DNA from: Auanema rhodensis
Lineage: Eukaryota > Animalia > Nematoda
Assembly: GCA_964057225.1 (NCBI GenBank)
Contig: OZ059898.1
Coordinates: forward strand, 11,718,001-11,782,000
Length of the DNA stretch: 64,000 nucleotides
Direction of reading: 5' to 3'
Shown here: positions 55,588-64,000 of the stretch, in pieces
Layout: every line of letters begins with the position of its first letter
How positions within the stretch are numbered: the first letter of the stretch is position 1
Made by a program: the position numbers and the translations under genes
Notes under the pieces: model-generated
What the model saw: only the letters and a program-made list of their open reading frames with translations
Databases searched by the model: none
What the model was told of the DNA's origin: nothing

Positions 55588-58500
55588 TTAGCCAAAGCGA
55601 ACGCTTGATGCCCAGCTGCTTCCACGTTTGCCAAATCGAACCTGATTAGCCCAGCGCTTTTGATAGCCATTAGCTCCTCCCATGTAGATCGGAAGCTTAA
55701 AATATGTAAATGTTTAAATTGACGAGGATTTCAATCTATTTATGAACTATAAACAACAATTTTTGACCTTTATTTCTACATAGAAAAAGTCTAAAATATC
55801 TTATTTTGCTTGGGAAATAAGAATAATAAAGACTTCATTATATATTGCAAACAAATAGTTTTTCTTGAATGTTTCAGAAATTATACAGCTTTGTGAAACA
55901 GTGTATATATTCAAATCGTTAAACTCACAACCCTTTTACCTTCAAAGAAAACAAAAATTTCTAAACCATAGAGATAGAGAAGAAGGTTGAGGGGTGGGTG
56001 GAAGGTAGAACATGATTATTCGTCGAAATAATATCGGCTTTCAGATATGAATACGTATACTGTATATTAGATGATTGAAAACCAGAGAATAAAAGTCAAA
56101 TGATTAGATACTTTTCATGTATCTTGTATTTTTATTTCTTGCAGTTTTGAATTTGAACAAGAAAATCATACCCTTGCATCTTGGACGACTGGATTTTCAT
56201 TGTAGTCAATCAGCTCGCTTGCCGGCTCCATTTCTGACCGAACTGGAAAAAAAAATGTTTTTTAAACACAAAATTTGATGTTTTTTATTTTGTTATTTTA
56301 GAAGCAACTACATACAAAAGAATGATGTTTAAAAGTTCTTTTTGTTTTTCTGTTTGCAACAATCAAAACTAAACAATTGTTGGGTTTCTAACCACAATAT
56401 TGGCAATTATGTTGTCTAATAGAAACTTTTTTTCTATTCTATTCTTAAATATTATAAAACAAATTCTTCTTCTTCTTCTTCTTCTCCAAAAAAAAAAAGA
56501 AATTTCTCACTTTTTTGTAACAAAAAAATCAAAAATTAGTGATACTCTTGTTAGAGTATAGTATATTCAGTTGATGTTTGAACAATATTAGTTGTAAAAG
56601 TATAATGATGTATCCATAATATGAATGATGAAAAAGGTATATACTATATGTATAGTTAATTAGTTATTAAACGGATATTATTGATGATTATGATTATTAT
56701 TATTATTTGTAAAGATAGAATTTCGTTTTATTTTATTAGTTTTCCACATATTTTATTGCAATTTGAATAAATTATTTATAAGAGTATAATAGTTCGTATA
56801 GTTCGTTATTCCAAATTGAATATTCAACATTTTTTATTTTGACCAACAAATCGGTTTTTTTTGTTTTTTTTTGTTTCTTTTTTCTTTAAAATTAATCCGG
56901 TTGGTTGACTTTCTTAATTTTCAGTATTCAAGCAACTTTGTGAAAGGACGTTCGAACTTAAGCAGCATTAGCTTGACTGAAAAGACTACATTTACTTGAG
57001 TACTATCATTGAAATGCTGATTCAGAAAGATGATGCATCTACCATCCTTTACAAACAAAATATGAAACAGAAAAAGGTTTTTGAACGTCTGTATATCCGC
57101 TGTTGGAAATATTTTGACGTCAACGACGTTGATGAATGAAGAATCAGGTGATTGACAAAATCCCAAACGTTGTTGCATTCTGCCTAACAACCGTGGGCGT
57201 CATAGTTGGATATATTTGGTTATTAATTGAGTTTTTGGAACAAGTAAACGGGAAGAGTGATGTAAAGAGTAGGAAAAAAATGCTTCTTCGTCATCTTCGC
57301 TTAAAGGTTTTCAATCTTGCTGTCCTATTGCTCATTATCATTCAGGTTTTCTCATTCATTTTCTTCATCCACATATAAGGAAAGTCGAGATACTTCCTTG
57401 ACTATACAACCACTTCAATCACATGCTAAGGGTAATAGCTACAAATCGTCTTAATTTCTCCAACATGTCTTCATTAATTAACGATGAAGAATGTTGTTAG
57501 ATGATAAGAGAAAAGAAAATATGAGACATTAAGACGAGAAGCTATCCGAAATGCAGCTCATACATCCACATCCACATACATATACATGATGTGTGTATGT
57601 GTTGTATCTTCTTTTCAGAAAAAGATTATATTTGCATTTGTACTCCTTTCAAGGTAATATGATGTAATGAAGCTTATTAAGTGGAATAGTAATTGTTGAT
57701 TATGAATGGAAGAAAAGGTGAATAACATGATAATCAAGTGAAACAGATAGTTATCCAAGTTAGGCAAAATAAGCTGAAATGACATAAGTAGAGCATAAGA
57801 CGTAAAAATGAGAAAAAGTTAGTTGGAACATGACACTCTGAGCTTGTAGAAACGAGAGTGAGATCAAAATACAGCTTAAGCTAAGCTTGAAGATGAAGCT
57901 GTGAATTTGATTCCTGATCAAAATGTTTCGCATTTCAAACATTTCATAAGTAATAAAATAAATCCTTCTTTCATCTGATCTCGAAATGCGCTAAATTCTA
58001 GCGTAAACGTTTAAGTTTGAAATGCTATCAGATTATGTTTAGAATTCACATTACGTTTGATGTTATAACGTAATACTTCTCTCATTCTATGAAGCATAAA
58101 CAGATGCAAAAACCATTTTTAGGCTTTTTCTTAACATGCTCAAAGGTGATTTTTGCATTCAGTCAGCTTTTGATAGACAAAAAATGTATTTGGTGAGATC
58201 CAATGAAGACGGAAAAGACAAAGACGACACACATTTCGGGGCAATCCTATAAACATCCTGTCCATATGAGCTGCTGCAAGATATTCTCTACATGGAGGGA
58301 AATGAAGAGGAAAATTCAAGTCCATTTCCTGATGACGTTCAAACGTAATATGATGTCGTATGTCTGGTCATTTGGTTTATCAGATGTTCGTTATTAAATG
58401 ATTGGATAATGATGTCAGATATGAGATGATGATGAATGTTTGTTCTCCAAGAGCTCTTAAATAAAAGCTGAAATGAGTCAAACACATGATGAAAAGTAAT

Positions 58501-59923
58501 AGAAATACAGTTCAGTAGTACGATTTTCATATAAATTATGCTTTTTCCGATGGCTAATTTGAGTAATGAAATTCGAGAGCCACTAGTTACCGTACTTCTG
58601 GCCTTGTAAGGAAGTTGGGCATTTAATGACCATACAAGGAAAACTCAAATTCCTTTATTTTCAAACGAAAATATAAAAAAAGTTTTTGTCAAGCGTTAAC
58701 TTTCATATTCATCAAATACCTGTCCGACTTTATGGCATATTCTTCCTTTTTTTTGATGCTGAACAACATGCTCTAATAACAGCTTAGAGAACAAACATTT
58801 TCATCTTAAAGCGTTGAGAAAAGGAAAAACCCTAGCTTACACATACATATGTCTGACTAAATGCTATATGTCAAAGATCTATTTTCTTACAAATGGTAAG
58901 CAATAACAGCCTTAGAAAGTTCTAAACAAAGAACCACAAACTCATACTATATGGTCGAACTTTCGGAACAAAAATATATTTGTAAGGAACTAAATTCTTC
59001 CCGGTCATCTTTCTCATTGTTCACTCGTTTTCTTAGGAGAAGCTTTGAAAACATTTCTTCGACGAGTAAACTATCTCCCTTTCCTTTTCTCTGGGTCTTG
59101 GAATATTCGGATCAGTTGTGACATACAGGAAAACAGGAGAAAGGATATGGCTCAAGTAATTGGCCCATAAGAAAACAACAGAAACAGTGAGTGAAAAAGC
59201 GGATTAATACAGAAAATGACGAAAATTGGCTTATTTTCAAGGCATATTATGGCTTTTTCGTTGTTGAGGTTCTGTTTCTCACATCAGAAAAAAATTTTTT
59301 CAAGAAGGACAAGTAGCAGAAAATGAAGAATATTCTGATCAGCTTCATGTTCAGTTGATTTAGATGATCATTCAAAGAAATTCGGTAACGTTCTGCCTTC
59401 AGCTTGTAATCTCATGGGTCATTTACAGAACATTTTTCGTTTTAATTGAGTATTTTTTTGTTTTTAGCAAACTACACAGATTGCCTGCAAGTAGTACATC
59501 TAATAGGATGAAATGTCTGATTTAAATTTTCTATTATTAAATATTCTTCGTATTTCAGATTGAAATGAAAAAATTTTAAGAAGTTAATATAGAAAATATA
59601 TGTAACTAAAATGTTTTTATTAAACTTATTTAGGTTTTTAGTTTAATATAAACAAATAAAAACTTAGATTCTGATTTTGTAGAAAGCACATAATGCTTAT
59701 GGTATCAACATATCTCATCAAGTTTTTGTAGAAAGAAACATGTTTATATTATTATTTTGTATAAGAACATTTGTCTCCGATGAATATTCATAAATCAAAC
59801 TTTTTGGAAAAAGGAAAAGGATTAGAATGAGATATCTAATTTGAAATTTCAGAGTTTTGAATTTTGAGTAATGATTAATTCGGAATGTTGACAGAACAGC
59901 TCGTTTTCTGCTATCTACTTCTC

Positions 59924-59973
<50 letters not shown>

Positions 59974-60709
59974 GTATTTTTCTATTTAATTCTCATATTT
60001 ATTATTTTTTGTTTTAAAATTCAAACTATATTATAGAGAAACATTTGATAACAAACATTTATGAAAATTTGAAAGAAATTATGGAGATGCTACAGACTTA
60101 TACATCTATTCTATTTTCGGTGTTTAGGATGATGATTAGAAACTGTCGTTTCGAATATTAAAAAGCTTATTTAACTATTTTGAAGTATATATATATATAT
60201 ATATATTTATATGTTAATCTATATTAAAATATGCGAAATTCTTAATTTCAATTCGTATAAATCATTTTTTCTGATTTGACCCAAATTGAACAACATATAG
60301 AAATTTCTTTGGTTCAGAAAAGGTGAGAAAATTCTAAACGATTCACATGAATCACAGTTAAAGTTGGTTGGATAAAACCCTTCAATTATGCTCGTAAATA
60401 TATGAGTTTTAACATAATTGGTTTGATGTATTGAAGCTTAGAAGGAAATGATACCTTCCGCCATATTCCGTTTTCATGATGTAATCAAACGGATTCCTTA
60501 TTAAGATTATCATCTTGTGTATCTTTAACTCAAACAATATGATGAGTATACTACGAAAATAAGTAAAAACTGTAGTTGAAGTTTGAATTTAAGTTGAACT
60601 TTCTTTCAAAATGATCGAATTTGGAGAAAAAACTTTCTTATAACCTACCTAAGCAAAGAGAGAGAAGAATAAAGAATAAAGAGAAGAGAATTGTCTGGGA
60701 AGATAACAT
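55588..60709 (-). CDS. flp-19: FMRFamide-like neuropeptide precursor FLP-19; exons 60709-60649, 56242-56172, 55695-55588
   Basis: Spliced product MLSSQTILFSLFFILLSLCLVRSEMEPASELIDYNENPVVQDARLPIYMGGANGYQKR-WANQVRFG-KR-GSSWASSVRFG*. Splice phases are consistent; the distal signal-peptide exon is inferred. Confidence 0.92.
59925..59968. repeat. (CT)n microsatellite
   Basis: Directly visible. Confidence 0.95.
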
Positions 60710-61300
60710 GACAGGTTCAGATGTTTAGCGATGTCGAAAAGCCGCTTCAGACAACGATGTCGTTAGATTGAAAAAATGACGGAGGTGGAGAAGAAGGGGG
60801 AGAAGGAGGAGGAGAGTTGACGAAAGAGGCAAGGCATAGCTCCGCCTCCATGAGAGGAATAGGAAGACCAGGCAGTACCTCATAATGCAGGGAGAACAAA
60901 AAAGAAAATTCAATCTGTGCAAAAACATTAGAAAGCACAATCTGTTATACTGGTCAGTTTTACAACGAAAAACGTACTTATTGCTTTTTTTTGCAATAAC
61001 TGTTAGAATACTTGTTAAAGAACAGCATGTTTATGTAGAAAATCTTTATAATTTGCGAGAATATATTGAAAATTCTGTAAAGATTAGGTGGAATCTGAAA
61101 CTCGAAATGTGACGATGTAGTATATCCAGTCAAATATCACGCTAATGAGATTGCGTTACTCTGTGAAAATCAGCCTTCTGATTGTCATCTGATTCGAATA
61201 GTTGGAGCATTGATATTGAGATGATGATGTCGTCGTCGTCGACGACGTCCTCATCATTTCATCATTATTTAACATTTAGAAAGTTGAGAAGTTTAACAGT

Positions 61301-61317
61301 TTCTCTCTGTCTCTCTG

Positions 61318-61393
<76 letters not shown>
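61301..61393. repeat. (CT)n microsatellite
   Basis: Directly visible; explains the SLSLSL and ERERER ORFs. Confidence 0.95.
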
Positions 61394-61397
<4 letters not shown>

Positions 61398-62902
61398 CAG
61401 CCTTCTCTCTTGTTACTATATACATACCTCCATGAGCTTTACAGCATGTCATGTACAAAATATTGTACTCAAATTTATAAATATTTTTTTATATTCTAAA
61501 ATGAAAATATAACTTTTTTTAGAAAGTCCAATCAAAAAAATAATTTCCTTTTCATATTTTCAGTAATTTCAATAAATTGTTATGAAAAACTAAGCTTTTA
61601 CAATAGACGCATCACCATATATCTGCTTAGCTTACGCTTGCTGCAAGTTTTTCTGCTTTTTAAGAACAAAATTTGAGAATAAAAATAATTTTTTCTTCTT
61701 AACTGTTATGTTTCAAATATCCATTTAATCTCATTATGCTAGCTATTCGATTTCAAAACGACAGAGACAGGAAAACATCCGTTCTCCGTTCATGCAACCT
61801 AGTTGACGCCACCAGCTAATGTGAATTACTCGGTTGAGACTTTCAGCTCACATAAAACCAAATGAGATTCAACATTTTTTTTTCGGAGACTTTTCCAGTT
61901 TTTTTTTTCAGAAAAAGATATCCACAAGTGATTGCTATATATACATATTTATTTATTTATATTTATATATTTATATCTATAAGTATGGAGATTTGTATTC
62001 AAAAACACAATTGATGCTGAAATAGCTGCAATTGAAATTTGAGCAAATCAAACAATTATGTCAACAACGATAAATAGGAAAAACCTTGATAATTGAGTTC
62101 ATATAATAAGGCTCAGATAACTTTACTTATTCTTCCACTGTTCTAGCTTCTCTGTTATTCATTTTTAAAAACTAAGAGACAAGTGAAAAGAGAGAGAGAG
62201 AAAGAGAGAGAGAGAGGGAAAGGTCTGAGTAACTGGAAAATAATAAAGGATGAAGGGGGGACAGAGAGAAGAGAACTGCTTGCAGTGTCAGTAAAGAGTC
62301 TTCAATTATTTAAATTTTTCATTTTAATCGTCTTCTTTTCTGTGACAAAACCATCGTATTCACGTAGTAAATAGATCTCAACATCTTTTCCCTTTTTTTT
62401 CAAAAAAATTTTTAATAAATGAATACGTGCATCCTTTTTTTCTTTTTCTCTTCTTCGTCATTTTTAAAGATAAATATACAAGAAGCGACGAAAAAAATGG
62501 ATAAAGAGATCATTTCGGCTTTTCTATTCTTCAACCCAAAAAAGGAAAAAGTCTTCTGTTCATCCTTAAAGATTTTTCCTATTCCTCTCTTGCACCCCCC
62601 CCTCTCTCTCTCTCTCTCTTTCTAGTAGCATAGGAAGGAGGGATTATAAAACCATTTTCGACTTTTCAGTCATTTTAACATATTTTCTTTCTCTTATGAC
62701 AGAGAATCACCTCATTTACAACATTTTTTTGAAAAAAGTGTAAATTGAATGAATTTGAAAAGTTTTAAAAAGTGCTCATTTTCAATAATTTTTGTACATT
62801 TCCAACCAATTTTTTCATTTTCACATTTTTAAAAAATATCAAGGATGTCGATTTTAGAAAGAAAGTGGTATTATCTCTGAAGTTAAAATATAAGGCCAAT
62901 AA

Positions 62903-63313
62903 ATGAAATTCTCAATAGACCTGAAGCCTCTTACTATCTTCGAACTCATAGAATTAGCAGAAATATTGGGAATCAAGGATTTTAGAGGAGTCTTTATGAG
63001 AGATACTTTACCTTCTAAGATTAAAGAAAGAGAAGTAGGAATTCTCAATCTAGATTCTTCTAATTATAAAGGTACTCATTGGGTTTGTTATTCCAAAAAC
63101 AAAGAAAATATTTGTTACTTTGATTCTTTTGGATTAGATCCACCTCTAGAACTTCAACAATATCTCAAGAATAACAATAAGAAAGATAAAATACTTTTAT
63201 CAACATTTCAAATTCAAAAATTTGGAACACATCATTGTAGTTATTATTGTTTGTTACTTCTAAAATTATTAGAATCTTATGATTATCAAAAGTCAATAAT
63301 TGGTCTGATGTGA
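62903..63313 (+). CDS. Adenain/Ulp1-clan cysteine protease of Maverick/Polinton type, 136 aa, intact and intronless
   Basis: FRGVFMRDTLP, ILNLDSS..GTHWV (His), YFDSFG (Asp), QIQ....HCSYYC (Gln, Cys). Confidence 0.9.
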   Translation: MKFSIDLKPLTIFELIELAEILGIKDFRGVFMRDTLPSKIKEREVGILNLDSSNYKGTHWVCYSKNKENICYFDSFGLDPPLELQQYLKNNNKKDKILLSTFQIQKFGTHHCSYYCLLLLKLLESYDYQKSIIGLM

Positions 63314-63700
63314 ATGCCATCATCCATTACAACACCTTTTGGACACACCAGAGATAAGCTAGTTTTACTCAATTCATAAGTCTTCATTGTCTTATCAATG
63401 AACCTGAATCCTTTATTTTCTCCAATTATCAATTCATTAAGCTTTTGAGGTTTTTCTCTTTTGTCAAGATATCACTATTTCTATCTTTTTGAATTCCTTT
63501 AGCTGATAATTTATTCTCTTTTCCACCCCAAACAAAGTAAGTCTTACTAATCAACGCAACCATTCCATCACCTTCTTCAATTTTTAAATAATCCAGGTGT
63601 TCTTTTATCGTATGCTTTGAATTCTACTCTAGGGAAAAATTTATATTTTATCTTCTCGTATTCTTCTCTCAAATGTGGCTTAATCAGACTTTCAAATCTC
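63286..63700 (-). pseudogene. Protein-primed DNA polymerase B C-terminal fragment, frameshifted and 5'-truncated
   Basis: Segments LIKPHLREEY..YDKRTPGLFK / EGDGMVALISKTY / KLSAKGIQK / GENKGFRF...PKGVVMDDGIHIRPI lie in different frames (about 3 shifts). Confidence 0.85.
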
Positions 63701-63885
63701 CAGACGCAACGCGACACGCAAACGTGTTGGGCTAGAGTGGAAGGGAGAAATGTGAGGGACGAGTGAGCAAGGAGAGAACCTGCCAACATCGCATTCTTCC
63801 ATTAACTTTTGTGAATATAAAAGAGTTCCTTTTCTTCTGCATTGTTATTTTCTCTTTAACTTCGAGTTTGTTAACAACTTTTCCC

Positions 63886-63918
63886 CTCTCTCTCTCTCTC
63901 TCTCTCTCACTCTCACTC

Positions 63919-63962
<44 letters not shown>
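63886..63962. repeat. (CT)n microsatellite
   Basis: Directly visible. Confidence 0.95.
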
Positions 63963-63965
<3 letters not shown>

Positions 63966-64000
63966 TTAACCGAATGTGTTTAGAGTCCAGCCTCTGAAGT

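Larger units (their letters stand above)
62624..63700. mobile_element. Maverick/Polinton remnant
   Basis: Intronless adenain-type protease convergent with a pPolB C-terminal fragment; possible AGTAG left terminus. Boundaries are approximate. Confidence 0.85.

Noticed and set aside
57760-57831. MFQLTF... ORF resembling the C. elegans FLP-19 N-terminus
   Set aside because: It runs to a stop without a convincing phase-1 donor; exon 60709-60649 gives a better signal peptide and donor.
61182-61499. SLSLSL and ERERER ORFs (also 62183-62374 and 63763-63969)
   Set aside because: Translations of (CT/GA)n repeats.

Overview
Gene-dense, AT-rich eukaryotic DNA with very short (~40-55 nt) GT-AG introns and TTTCAG-type acceptors, consistent with a rhabditid nematode. 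I reconstructed spliced genes by hand from the ORF fragments. In order: PP1 glycogen-targeting subunit (CBM21, +), Nup107 (-), IL-17-like cytokine (+), MOSPD1-like (-), DDX3/LAF-1 helicase (-), TRIP12-type ARM-WWE-HECT E3 ligase (+), an internally duplicated TP53I11-like membrane protein (+), PDF-2 neuropeptide (+), CstF-64 (-), a candidate 62-aa microprotein (+), GCN2 kinase (+), Abl kinase (+) and FLP-19 neuropeptide (-, absent from the ORF track). The microsatellite-rich right end holds a Maverick/Polinton remnant with an intact adenain-type protease and a frameshifted protein-primed PolB. Best leads: the intact viral protease beside a dead polymerase, the microprotein upstream of gcn-2, an HRDITP catalytic loop in GCN2, and alternative first exons in TRIP12 and Abl. 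Family assignments rest on motifs recalled from memory; no searches were run.
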